Shown here piece after piece: positions 49,312-62,170 of a stretch of DNA of 64,000 bases. The stretch covers positions 143,716,001-143,780,000 of the forward strand of contig NC_043000.1 in NCBI RefSeq assembly GCF_006345805.1, in the 5' to 3' direction. A program made the translations under genes and the position numbers. Position 1 is the stretch's first letter. Every line of letters starts with the position of its first letter. Source of the DNA: Octopus sinensis. Lineage: Eukaryota. A model generated the notes under the pieces. It had not been told where the DNA came from. It searched no databases and saw only the letters and a program-made list of their open reading frames with translations.

Positions 49312-52300
49312 AATATATATATACAGAGAGAGAAAGAAAGATGGAGTGGATGAGCTAGTAAGTTATAACTATTGGGAGATTGACATTCAGAGTTTTCGCT
49401 AAGAACGTAAAATAACAGTTTGTTTATCATGACATGTGTTCGTGTCTTAATCTAAGCCTTCAATAAAATAAAACATTTTTAAGTGTCACGCTTTAAATGA
49501 GCTTAACTATTGAATGAAATCGAAGAGATAATTGAATGTTTTTTAAGATAATGAATCATGTTAAAGAACCACACTTACGACGATTATAATTGCGTAAAGA
49601 AATCAAGAGTTTAATCAAAATCTTTAATATAATGAAATGATGTTATAAAGAACTAAAAATTTCTGCATCCAATATACAAAGAACACTAATAAAATACTGT
49701 CTTCCCACGTGCACCACTAGTCTAGCGTAAATTTATTTTTTCAATTTATTGTATTCTCGAATTACCTCGTATTTTTACTTTGAGAATTGCTAACACCTAC
49801 ACAAAGACATTTTTTTTATTTGAATAAATTGTGTATTATCTGCATGTCATTCTGTACATCGTAATTAAACGTATATATTTTCATTAATTGGCTCTTTTGA
49901 GGGATTTTCTTTTGTCCATTTAATGTTTTAAACATTCAGTAGTAGAGATTAGGTATTTCTCTAGAAGCGATATGATATACTCAAATAGTACAATTTGGGC
50001 TAATATACACGTATATCAAGAAAGATTTAATTTAGTGATAGGTTTTAATTAACTGAGAGATATAACACCCACAACTAATAATTATCTTACATACAAAAGT
50101 CTGAAAGATTACACATTTCCGAAATATATAAGTTTTCTCCAATTGCAATTAAATATTCAATAATAATATATTTTAATATGGTAATGGTTATGCAGAAGTA
50201 ACATTAATATTGCTTGATTGAAGATTTAGTTTCGTCAAATATATTATGAAAATATTTTAATCTGTGATGCTATTTAGAATTGTCTGGTGGAACTCTGTCA
50301 AGGTTTGCAAATAGCATAAAACTTGAGAAAATCCAACAGACAATTAAGTTAAAGTTATTAAATGCTTAAAGGAACAGAGTATATTTCAAAACTGATAGTT
50401 TCAGATTTTGAGCATTTAAATTGATGTAAGGAATTAAGATTCATATAAAGAAATGAAATATATTTTGGTCGAGAATAAAATTGGAAATTTATATTAGTAC
50501 ATTAAAAATTGAAGTCAAACAACGAAAATAACAAACACATACAAATAACTGAAGCATAGAAATTTGATGTGATTCACCCAATACATAGCTTCAATGGGTA
50601 ATGCTATCATTTATTAATATCTCTATGTGTTGAAGATTAACAAATATTTTATATGATCATCCAGCCAACTCCAATCTCTTCCTCTCGTAAAAAATTCTTG
50701 TTCATCAAATTCTGTACAGCTGGCTTCCTTATTCTGCTGAGAGAGATTCAGTTTCATTTCTTTGATTTGGACTATGTTACCGCCCGTAAAGGAATAATAC
50801 TTAAATACTAAGGAAGCATACATTTTAAACAAATTGTGTTTCTCAAATGTAAATTGTTAAACTTGGTTCATAATATTATTTAACAGTACTGCCATGACTT
50901 GTTCAACTGCTTGGAAATAGATAGAAACGTGTCATATATCCTACACTGTATTTTCTTTTAAATATGTGCCTCTTAGCAAATTTCAGCTACCTTTATACAT
51001 AACGTCTGCTTATCACAGATCGTTGATTCGTTAATTTTTACATTCGTGGGGAAATATATTTTGCAAAGCTACAATTCGAAAATGTTCAAGGACTTACGTA
51101 TACCGTGCCTCATCTATTATGCTGTCATCCGCTCGAATTGTAAGACTATGTCTTGCGATAAATATATAAAGTGAAAGAATAAGTAGTCTTTCTTTCGTTT
51201 AATATTAAATTCCTGTCAAGATGATTTGAATTATCGAGAAACTAATGTAGTCCGAAGAACCAGAAGAGGAGGAGAAAAGAGATTGAGAACGCGGGAAAGA
51301 TGGGGAGGAAGAGAGAGAGAGAGGGTGAGATAAAGAGAGAGGGGCAGAGAGATACATAGAATGTGAAAGAAAAGTGAGACAAGTGAATAAATTTTTTTTT
51401 TATAAATTGCAGCTCCATGATATCTAGTAAGATCAAAGAGGAAAGAAAAACAGCATGATATCCACCATTGGTTCAAACATTTGTAAGGCCAAAACAAATA
51501 GGTCGATAACTATTCGCCAACCTCACAAGCGCAGCTTATATTTTCCCATGAAAACTTAACTCGAGTTAGACCAGTGGAAAGTAGTAGGAGTAAATAAGAA
51601 AAACCTAATTAGATAAATATGAAATATTGTTATAAACATCCGAACTAAAAACGAATACTTGATTGAAGTAAAAAAAATCGCGTTTCTAGATTCATGGCAC
51701 CATTTGCCCAAATTAGAATCCGTAATCCCACAAAACCCGACACGTAACTCTTGGATGCATTTGTCGGAGTCCTCTACGTTTGGCATCTGTTCGGGGCATG
51801 TCACCATCTTCAGAAAAATTAGAGGCATCATTTCGATTTATAGTATCATATCAGTTGTTATTTGTCGTTACAACTGATGTCGGGGAACACCCAATTACGC
51901 CCAGAGGAAGATGCAAAACTATACTATGATAGCTGATATCATACGAAATAGTATTTTGGTTGTATTATTTAAAGTGTTAGAAATCCAATCTGCAAATACG
52001 AGCCTATGGGGTATTTTTTTTCGTTCTATGTATTATGATAAACATAAATTTACTACAGGTACTCATCCTACAGGCCGGCGAAATTTGAATCACCTCTGAG
52101 GTTTATAATACTTAAGAGATGCATAACCTTATTCACACACATACACACACACACACACACATATATATACAGAGACATGTATACAGTCTAAACTCAGTCA
52201 GTGAAGAATTGCATTTTTGACAGTCTAATGCATAAGCATTTAAAGCATTCTCTTTTTTGATAAATTCGAAAGTCAATATGCAACTATACAAAATTTCGTA

Positions 52301-53682
52301 TTGCAAAGTCACTCGCTTGTATAGAACTCTCTTGTATGGAACTATCTTAATGGAACTGAAAAAATATATAGCCGCTCTTCTCACGTTAAATTAGTGTACA
52401 GATCACTAATTTCATTAGTGGAAGTTTCATTTTTTTTTTCTATTTACTTTGATTCTGCTTCGTGCTTCTATCAGTTAGTGTGTTATGATAAAATCAAACA
52501 GATTTCCAGACCTGCGTTATAAATTATAAATGATGATATAATGAAATTATTTCAAATAGGACACTCAACTAGAAGAGTGGAATTAAATAATATATATGCT
52601 TCTATTGGAATTAATTGGTAATATTGAAAATCAGATGCTATGTGCAGCTAACTGTAAAAAAAGAAATCAAATATTTTATTTTGATTATTTAGTTTTATTC
52701 GTGAGTCGATGAATTTTTAATGCAGACGAATGACAGACTAAAAATGTTAATGCATAAATGGTTATAATCGCTCATATATCATTTGGCACATATATATTTG
52801 ACGTCCTCTGTAATGCAAATCACCAGTTATCATATATTTCATATAAAATCATATTACGTTTTTGTACAATGAAATAAAAAAGAGGAGTTCAGGTCTCACT
52901 TATTGCACATATTCGTATACCACAAATATTAATATACATACAGAACGACAGTTGTTCATAGCTCGAAGGTCGTCATCATTTTAACGAAGAACAGGGAGTG
53001 TAACAGTTGTGGATTTCCAATCGTAAATTTAAGCTTATAAAAAATAATCTAACTAATGTATGCGTATGGGCCGATTCTTAATGGTTAGCTAAAAACAATC
53101 GCACGTGTAACTTACCATGGAATAAAAACAATGGCAACATTACAAATAAGTAAATGCTCACCCCTTTAAAACGGTCGCTACTTTAACTGAACCAGAATCA
53201 CCATCACACTACATCCAAACATTCAAAGTAGTTTTTCAATGTTTCTTCAGCAACAACACAGGTTGATAAACACAGTGGCAACTACTGGCTTCGGGCCATG
53301 ACAGATTCAGAGGATTTGAGCATACGGAGATAATATTTACATATCATCCGATGAAACACAACTAGATCTCATAATGCAGCGAAACGTTTGCATAATGCAC
53401 TACCTGTAGGCATGGAGGAATGCGTTGCGAAGAAACAATGGTAGTGAATGAAAAGAACTGTGTAACTGCACTAATTAATGACTCCAAATTCTTTGGATTA
53501 TAAGTGTGCGTGCATGTGTATATGTATAAAAAGAATTCATAAATATTACAACAGTGTAAAATGTCTCCTGAGTGAGCGAAAATTTATTTTAAAAAAGCTC
53601 CAGTAATCCTTCAGGTTAATGCTAAATTGCTTTCATATGAGACTTGAAATAAACACAAAAATTAGAATAAATGCCTGTGTTC

Positions 53683-53832
53683 GGGGGCAAATTGGCAAAA
53701 TTGTTGGCGCGCCAGGAAAGATGCTTATCGGCATTTCATCAGTCATTTCGTTGTGAGTACAAATCGTAACGAGGTCGACTTCGTCTATCATTCTTTTGGG
53801 GTCGAAACTGGGGACGGTATAATCGACTTAGC
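53683..53832 (+). mobile_element. Degenerate SINE family 1 copy
   Basis: atgcttatcggcatttc...gaggtcgacttcgtctatcattcttttggggtcga...tataatcgacttag. Confidence 0.65.
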
Positions 53833-54016
53833 TCCTTCAATGATCTCGTTGTCTTTTGGCCAAAATTCGATACTAATGTATGTTTGTACGTGCGTCTGTA
53901 TCTCTATATATGTTTATAGATATGTGTCTGTGTGTTTATATATATACATATATATATATATGTATGTATGTATGTGTTTGGGTGTGTGTGTGTGTGTGTG
54001 TGTGTTTGTGTATGTG

Positions 54017-54047
<31 letters not shown>

Positions 54048-54292
54048 ATACATGCTGCTTTGAAAGGCTGCATGAAAAAAAACTTTTCAATATGTACTTG
54101 AATTGTGGATTTTTTTTTTCTGTTTCCACATAACTTAAGCCCTCCTGCGATTGAACTTAATCAACTTTACTTATTGGTTTTTCTGAAAATATCTTTACTG
54201 CAAATCTCTGCCAGTAAGTTTCTTTGATTAAGCTTAGCTGCATGAAATCTTCCAGCATGAGATAACAGGGTCTTTACACCGTCATCGAATCT

Positions 54293-54337
54293 CACATTTC
54301 GCCTGACATGCTAAATTTTCTGCCAGCTCGCCACCTT
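54293..54337 (-). mobile_element. SINE family 1 head-only fragment
   Basis: Minus strand aaggtggcgagctggcagaaaatttagcatgtcaggcgaaatg. Confidence 0.65.
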
Positions 54338-55009
54338 AAAAACGCCGGTTTATTAGATTTTCATACTTAACACTACGCCAATGTTGATCGAACATACGCA
54401 TGATCGGAACACTTTGAAGAAGCTATACCTACACTATGTATATTATCGGTATGTTCTCTTTCTTTAAGAGAACATTTGATTACAGGGGCATTTTAACAGA
54501 TTATGACATTTTGTGGGTCAAGAGAAAGTATATATCAATGCCAGGGAGCCCAATGTTGAAACTACAATGATTAAAATTTGAGACATGTATAAGCGGTATT
54601 CGTGAGATACCGTTCTAGGTTAGATCGTGTGTTACTTAAATATTAAAGTTGTTCACCAAATGCATTTGCTTCTAGAATAATCTTGTATATAATGGGCCGA
54701 GGCTAAAAGAAATCATCCACGTAATCCCTAAATCTGCTAGACATAGCAGCTAAATTCTATCAGGGTATATTATATGGGTTTTTTGTCTGAAAACAGACGA
54801 ATTTGTTGTGCGTACATGGGACATGATACAAATGGTATGTCTTTGATTATATGGGAACACAGTCATAGATGAAAGAGAACCAATAACGAAAAACAACAAC
54901 AAAGCGATAGATTAGACACAACCACACTCGATACCCTTCACTTGAAAATAATGGTTTATTTATTGGTATGAAGAGAGTCACATACCTAAATCAGCAATAT
55001 TAAAATATT

Positions 55010-55222
55010 CTTTTCTACTCTTAGAACAAGGACCTAAATTTTGGGGGAGGGGGCAGTCGATTAGATCGACCCCAGAACGTAACTAGTACTTAATTTATCG
55101 ACCCCGAAAGGATGAAAGGCAAAGTCGACCCCGGCGGAATTTGAACTCAGAACGTAACGGCAGACGAAATACGGCTACGCATTTCGCCCGGTGCGCTAAC
55201 GTTTCTGCCAGCTCGCCGCCTT
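55010..55222 (-). mobile_element. SINE family 1, tail variant a, full length with TSD
   Basis: Intact head and core; near-perfect 17-bp direct repeat agcaatattaaaatatt (54993-55009) / agcagtgttaaaatatt (55223-55239). Confidence 0.92.
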
Positions 55223-56141
55223 AGCAGTGTTAAAATATTGTTTTAGAAAAATTTCGACTTTACCTAAATTGAAAATGCTAGTGACCTCGTTGTCCGGGAA
55301 AACTTGTCCAAATTGCCCAAAACATTTGTCTAGCTTCAGATCAAAATAATTATTGAAAGAGGTGCTAAATTAGTAGTAACTGTTTGAACTTACATATTAA
55401 TGCAACAAATAGGAATGAAACCGAACATTAGAATTATTACTACAAATCATACAGTTGTTTTATTCACTTGCAACGAATCTTGCTACAACAAAACTTTGAA
55501 CAAATAAAGCAGATGCATATACTATTGATTTTAAATTATGGAATATATTATTTTCCAGAAAAATGAAAATAAAAATGAAGCAAAAATACAATATAGCGTA
55601 AAATTATATAAAATTACTGCAATGGCAGCAGTAATTGGATGCATATAATATAGTTTGTGTGAAGTAGCGTGAAACAAATCAAGAATAAGAAAGAAAAAAA
55701 CTGTTAAAAATTGGTAACGAGATATACGAAAAAAGAATTTAAACTTACATTAACGAAATAACATTTGGAAGTCAACGAGAATAACATTGTGAAAAATATT
55801 CTACTATGAAATAAAAACGGAAGAATTAAAATAATGAATAACGTGCAATATAGAAACTTCAATTAGACGAAAACATCATGTGATGATATTCGCCCTGTGT
55901 TCAGCATCTTTTTAGTATATGCAGCATTAATATATATCTCAAAAAGTATGCATACACATGCAGTATATTTCTCTCTCTCTTCCTCTCCCTTTCTCTAAAT
56001 ATGTCTGTCTGTCTCACACACACTCTCTCTCTCTATCTCTTTCTAAACACATTCATATGCACATATATATGTGTATGTATGCATGTATGTATATATGTAT
56101 ATACACATAGATTCACACAGAAACGAAGATACATGTATATA

Positions 56142-56215
<74 letters not shown>

Positions 56216-56724
56216 TTGTGTGTATGCAGACTTTCATGAATATATTTTATGCTTCATGAATCTAGGTTCAGTGTTGCCGTTTATTAAAACGATTGTACTA
56301 AAAGAGCTTAAACATGTGTGCAAGAAAAATTTAATACGATTTCTCAATGTTGGCAAGAAAAATTAAATACGACTTCTCAATGGTAGAATGTTAGACCATG
56401 GCTGCCTAAATAGGAATCCCTCGAAACGAATGATCGGGCTAAATATGATATACTTTCGGTCTTTGCCGAAATTTTAAAGATAGTAGCTACAAGCATTGGT
56501 TTACGTTGTATGTAGCTAATTTATCATATCATGAACAATGGTCTCAAATGCAATATGAACCATGAATATAAAGTAACGTAATAGCAATAGTTTTCGCATG
56601 TATGTCCGCAAATCTTACACGTATTTAAGACTTGAAGGCAGCTAAATAATAATTGATATATAAATACATACACACGCAGAAACACACACATACGTATGAA
56701 TATATATATATATATATAATATAT

Positions 56725-56793
<69 letters not shown>

Positions 56794-56812
56794 TATATAT
56801 ACTATATATATA

Positions 56813-56901
<89 letters not shown>

Positions 56902-56976
56902 ACTTTTCTGTGATGGTAAGATCAAGAAAAAAGTGCGCCATCCGGCGAGAGATAAAATACACAATACATGATTATA

Positions 56977-57031
56977 TGTACTACAAATAGTTTCATATGT
57001 TGAAAAATACATCAAACGTTCATCAGGCACA
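56977..57031 (-). ncRNA. Type-I hammerhead ribozyme motif (inverted pLTR copy)
   Basis: tgtgc-CTGATGA-acgtttga..tcaacatat-GAAAC-tattt-GTA-gtaca: intact core, helix I 5 bp with one G-U, helix II partly decayed. Confidence 0.75.
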
Positions 57032-57438
57032 AAACATACATCATAACAAACTAAAAATTGGATGAGGGAAAAAAGGTGAAAAGGTGGAAGGTGTAACAAC
57101 GGGAAACGACGAAAGGAACACAAAAAAGTATAAACACTAGATATTTACCTACACTTGAATTCCTCCTCCTATAATCCATTACAGAAGACAAATGAAAAAC
57201 TCGCCTATATACATAAACAATCTAATCACCCTCGTCTAATTTTTAAAAGCCTTATATCTAATATTAATGACAGAGTGTCTAATCTCACTTCCTCAAAACA
57301 CATTTTTGAGATAGAAGCCTCCTACTATAACAATGCCCTATCCAATAGTTGCTTCAAAGGTAGATTTTAATATATAATCCCCCTAATAATAATCAGAATA
57401 ATAAATCTAGTTATACATAAATCCACTAATATTCGTTT

Positions 57439-57741
57439 CTAATCTAAGCACTGGTTCGCAACTGGTATTTAATTTATCGATCCCAAAAGGATGAAAGACA
57501 AACTCAATCTCGACATAATTTGAACTCAGAAAGTAAAGACAGACGAAATACCTATTTCTAATTCTTTACTACCCACAAGGAGCTAAATACAGAGGGAACA
57601 AACAAGGACAGACAAAGGGATTAAGTAGATTATATTGACCCCAGTGCGTAACTGGTACTTATTTAATCGACCCCGAAAGGATGAAAGGCAAAGTCGACTT
57701 GGCGGACTTTGAACTCAGAACATAACGGTAGACGAGATACC
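57439..57741 (-). mobile_element. Head-to-tail dimer of headless SINE family 1 units
   Basis: Two consecutive family 1 cores on the minus strand joined by gtagtaaagaattagaaataggtatttcgtctg (~57540-57570). Confidence 0.88.
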
Positions 57742-58239
57742 AACTAACCACCTAATAACTCCAGTAATATTAATCATAAATAATAATAGGTCTAAAGATA
57801 GGACAAGGAAAATATTTGGTTCCTCCTCCCTTTTGCATTAACATAAAAACTAACATAGTTAAAAGATTCCAATCTCTTCTAGACAAACCTTTCCGGTTAC
57901 TCACAGATGCATAAAAATATTTAATAGTCGTCCTGTGAAATTATCATATAGCTGCTGCCATAGTATGAAGTGTATCATTACACGAGTTCAATACTAAGAG
58001 CCTAAATCTAGGCTAAATTTTGGGATCTAGGATCCTGTCCACTTGACCAACGATGTATGATTAAATCTGTCATATATAAGACAGAAGTTATTCCAACGGT
58101 AGATGATACTACAAATAAGATGACCTATGTTTGATTATGTGAAGGAGAATGCCAAACACGTAGACTCAATCCAACATAAGAAAGAAGCTACTAAGTTCAC
58201 TAGCCACATATAAGGTTTGAAATCTAATGCTATGTGATT

Positions 58240-58811
58240 AAGGCGGCGTGCTGGCAGAAACGTTAGCACGCTGGGCGAAATGCGTAGACGATACGTTATG
58301 AGTTCAAATTCCGCCGAGGTCGACTTTGCCTTTCATCCTTTCGAGGTCGAAATATTAAGTACCAGTTGCGCACTGTACTCGATATAATCGACTTAATCCG
58401 TTTGTCTGTCCTTGTGTGTCCAGTCTGTGTTTAGCCCCTTGTGGGTAGTAAAGAAATAGGTGTTCCGTCTGCTGCTGCGTTCTGAGTTCAAATTCCGCCG
58501 AGGTCGACTTTGCCTGTCATCCTTTCGGGGTCAATTGAATAAGTACCAGTTACGCACTGGAGTCGATATAATCGACTTAATCCATGTGTCTGTCCTTGTT
58601 TGTCCCCTCTATGTTTAGCCCCTTGTGGGCAGTAAAGAAATAGGTGGTTCGTCTGTCTTACGCTCTGAGTTCAATATTCTGCAGAGGTCGACATTTGTCT
58701 TTCATCCATTCGGGGTCAATAAATTAAGTACCAGTTACGCGCTGAGGGTCGATCTAATCGACTGGCCCCCACCCCAAAACTTTCGGGCCTTGTGCCTAGA
58801 GTAGAAAAGGA
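58240..58811 (+). mobile_element. Head-to-tail trimer of SINE family 1 (headed b + headless b + headless a)
   Basis: Units 58240-58458, 58459-58642 and 58643-58811; junctions aaagaaataggtgttccgtctg and aaagaaataggtggttcgtctg. Confidence 0.92.
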
Positions 58812-59221
58812 TGGTATATGGGATCCAGGGGAAATGAATGGAGACATCTACACCTTATGTTAATGAATCAAATAAATGTAAGATATGTTTAGCTGAAAGA
58901 ACACAGATCATTTTCAGATCTAAGATCCCTTACTAGCTTCTGAACTCTAAGTATGAAATATTTAGCAGTTGTAACGATTTTTCTAATTACATTTTGAAGA
59001 ATTGTAAGATTCAGCTTATTCCTTATTAAGTTATTGAAATAATTCCAGCCTTAAATCTATAGTCTAAGGAGGATTGTTTTCTTTACAGCTTTTAATTTTA
59101 CTTTTTCGCTTCCCTTTTTCCGTTTTCAGTTTTCTAAGCTTTCAATCTTTCTATTGTGTTTCCTTTTCAACTTTGGCGATTCTTCTCTGACTCAATTTTT
59201 AGTTCGTTATAATATATGGTT

Positions 59222-59279
59222 TGTGCCTGATGAATATATCAGAGATATTTCACATTATAAGAAATTATCAGTAGCACAG
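59222..59279 (+). ncRNA. Type-I hammerhead ribozyme motif (3' pLTR copy)
   Basis: tgtgc-CTGATGA-atatatcag...ttataa-GAAAT-tatca-GTA-gcaca: perfect 5-bp helix I (tgtgc/gcaca), GUA triplet; helix II decayed. Confidence 0.72.
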
Positions 59280-59740
59280 AAAACATGTATTGTGTCTATT
59301 AAGTAGTAATGTTATATATATATATATATGTATTATGTATGTATGCATGTATGTATGTATATCAGGAGATACAGAGAGATAGACAGGAATATAAATGTAT
59401 ATACAAACACGCATGGGTGTATACCCTTATTTAAACACATACAAATACAAGACATAAGTGTGTTCATTTGCCGCTGTATTTATGTATGTGTGTGTGTGTT
59501 TGTGTGATGTGTATGTTCACAAGCCCACACACAAATGAATATGTGTGTGTGTGAGTGTGTGCTCAAGTGTAGCAGAATGAAATGCGTTTCGACCAAGGGC
59601 GTCTGTAGAAGTCTATATATTTGAAAAAGCGTCTAAGTAATCATAACGTATATGTGTGCATTTGGGTGTATACAAACATACTTGCAATATTTAAAATTCC
59701 TATCATTTATATTGTTTGCTATTACTGAAAACCAATACAG

Positions 59741-59796
<56 letters not shown>

Positions 59797-59884
59797 ATGT
59801 GGTGTGCACGCATGCGCACCAAGTATATAAATATCACTATGATAGTATTTATAAGTATATGGCTACGTATGTGTATATATATAA

Positions 59885-59955
<71 letters not shown>

Positions 59956-60281
59956 TTTGTGGAAACTTTTCTCCTGGGAGATACCTCACCGTAAGCTGTT
60001 AAATTCAAGCTCTATCACACAAGAGTCTTGAGCCGAGGGAAGTTTGTAGCTTTGTGTAATAAAACTGTCGTGAATGGCCATAAATGACTAGCTGGTGCTA
60101 TTGATTTATGTGTACGGCAAGCAGGTTGTGTGTAGAGGTCGACGGAGTTTCTCTAGAAACAGTAATAGGATGGAATCAACGATGGAATGGAAATAGACAA
60201 AGAGTGAAACAAATAGATGAGAGAAACAAAGCAACAGGGTGAAAGTAATAGATCTTATTCATATACATATATATATGTATG

Positions 60282-60323
<42 letters not shown>

Positions 60324-60359
60324 TATATATATATATATATATATATATAGATATATATA

Positions 60360-60636
60360 TATATATTATATATAATATATATATAAGTGTGTGTGTGTAT
60401 ATATATATATAAAACTATACACATATATGCAAATATCTATATATATCTATAAATAATATATATATATACATATATACATACATATATACATTGATACATA
60501 TAATATATATATATATGAGTGTGTGTATATATATATATATAACTATACACATATATAAAAATATCTATATATATCTATAAATAATATATATATATACATA
60601 TATACATACATTAATACATATAATATATATATATAA
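60360..60636 (+). repeat. ~128-bp tandem duplication of compound microsatellite sequence
   Basis: aactatacacatatat..aaatatctatatatatctataaataatatatatatatacatatatacataca starts at 60413 and again at 60541. Confidence 0.85.
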
Positions 60637-60968
60637 GCACAAACACAGAAAAGGTGAAAGAAAGGGATAGAATAAGAGACAAAGAGCGAGGCGATAGTAA
60701 TTGAGTGGGCAAGAAATAAACGCTTAAGCAGAGAGAGAGAGACTTAGAATTCCAAGATATATATTGAATGAAAACAAGGTGACTGGAATAAGTACCTATC
60801 TTTTACTACAAACGCCATTATTCACAATTTGCCCCGTGTTTTCCTCTATGAATTACCTAGATCGTTCAAAGTTCATTTTATACTGTAACTACTCCCAGAA
60901 ACGCTTGCGAAAACTTCTTTAGAAATACACTCACACACAGGGAACAACAATCATATGCATAGACACAC

Positions 60969-61006
<38 letters not shown>

Positions 61007-61014
<8 letters not shown>

Positions 61015-61963
61015 TAATAAATAAAACATATGCATATATATATATACATATATGTACGTACTTACATCTACATGTATATATACACGCATATATGAGTACA
61101 GGACAAAAAAAATCGTCGAACACGACGAGAAACGAAAACATAGACACAAACCCAAGGAACTGGACATTTTTCTTAAACAACAAAAAATAGAGTACATGAC
61201 AAATAACACAAGGAAAAAAACCCTTCTTCAGTCACCATGGTTTCATCTACTCTACGTTTCGAAGGTGAAGGCGAGACGTATCTTCGATAGAAACTTTCCT
61301 TCCTGCGAAAAGCAAATCAAATAAAAGTCGAGACCTTTTTGCAGAGGGGTAAAAATGGTAACAAAAACAGGACAGTAACGACACTACAAAATATAAGCAG
61401 TAAAAGACAGGACAATGAAATTAACAAGACAAGAAGGGCTGTTAAGCTGAACGAGAAAAAGTATTACGAACGCTATTTTTGAGAACAGCGAAAGAGCAAC
61501 AGAAAATGCCGTCTAGACTTCAAGGAAGTCAGGCCAGAAAGACAGTAGCAGAGTTCTCGTCGCGGGTCAACGACGGGAAGGAAGAGGAGGAGCAAGAGAA
61601 AGGGAGAGAAGAAAGGGGAATGGTTGTGAGGGAACCAGAAATAATGAAGAATGAGAGAGAGGGAGAGAGAGAGTGAAGAATGAGAGAGAGGGAGAGACAG
61701 TTAAGTAGAAGAAAAGGAAATCAAAGAATGAAGGCTGAGAAAGGGTTGGGACAGAAAGTTTAAGAGTGCCCATCAAAATTGATATCAAGAACAATCTTAC
61801 TTAGAAAAGGATACGTGCGTTCCGTCATATAATATATTAATAAATAAAACATATGCATATATATATACATATATGTACGTACCTACCTCTACATGTATAT
61901 ATACACGCATATATGAGGACAGGACACCGATAAAACGTCGAACTCAATGAGAAACGAAAACAT
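61007..61963 (+). repeat. ~135-bp direct repeats (61007-61142 and 61830-61963) flanking ~690 bp
   Basis: taatatattaataaataaaacatatgcatatatatatacatatatgtacgtac...cacgcatatatgag.acaggaca...cgtcgaac....gagaaacgaaaacata occurs at both positions. Confidence 0.88.
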
Positions 61964-62106
61964 ATATATATCCATGTACATATATGTGTTAAAACATACC
62001 TAAAACGAAACTTTAAATACCCTTCAGCCTGTTAGTTAACTAACTTTCTTAGCAATGTTGAAATTCCGTTCTTGAACACACTGGGATATCTCTCTCTCTC
62101 TCTCTC

Positions 62107-62170
<64 letters not shown>

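Larger units (their letters stand above)
56959..59295 (+). mobile_element. Penelope-like retroelement 2 (5'-truncated), inverted pLTR at the 5' end, interrupted by two SINE multimers
   Basis: ORF 57155-57370 (YIHKQSNHP...RVSNLTSSKHIFEIEASYYNNALSNSCF, RT thumb); WFxPPFCINIKTNIVKRFQSLLDK, IFNSRPVKLSYSCCHSMKCII, CPLDQRCMIKSVIYKTEV, TYV*LCEGE (GIY-YIG), NKCKICLAER, LLNSKYEIFSSC. 56959-57060 is the reverse complement of 59193-59295. Confidence 0.9.

Noticed and set aside
57439-58811. Regularly spaced repeats suggestive of a CRISPR-like array
   Set aside because: Units are ~180-220-bp SINE copies without unique spacers, in eukaryotic DNA with no cas genes.
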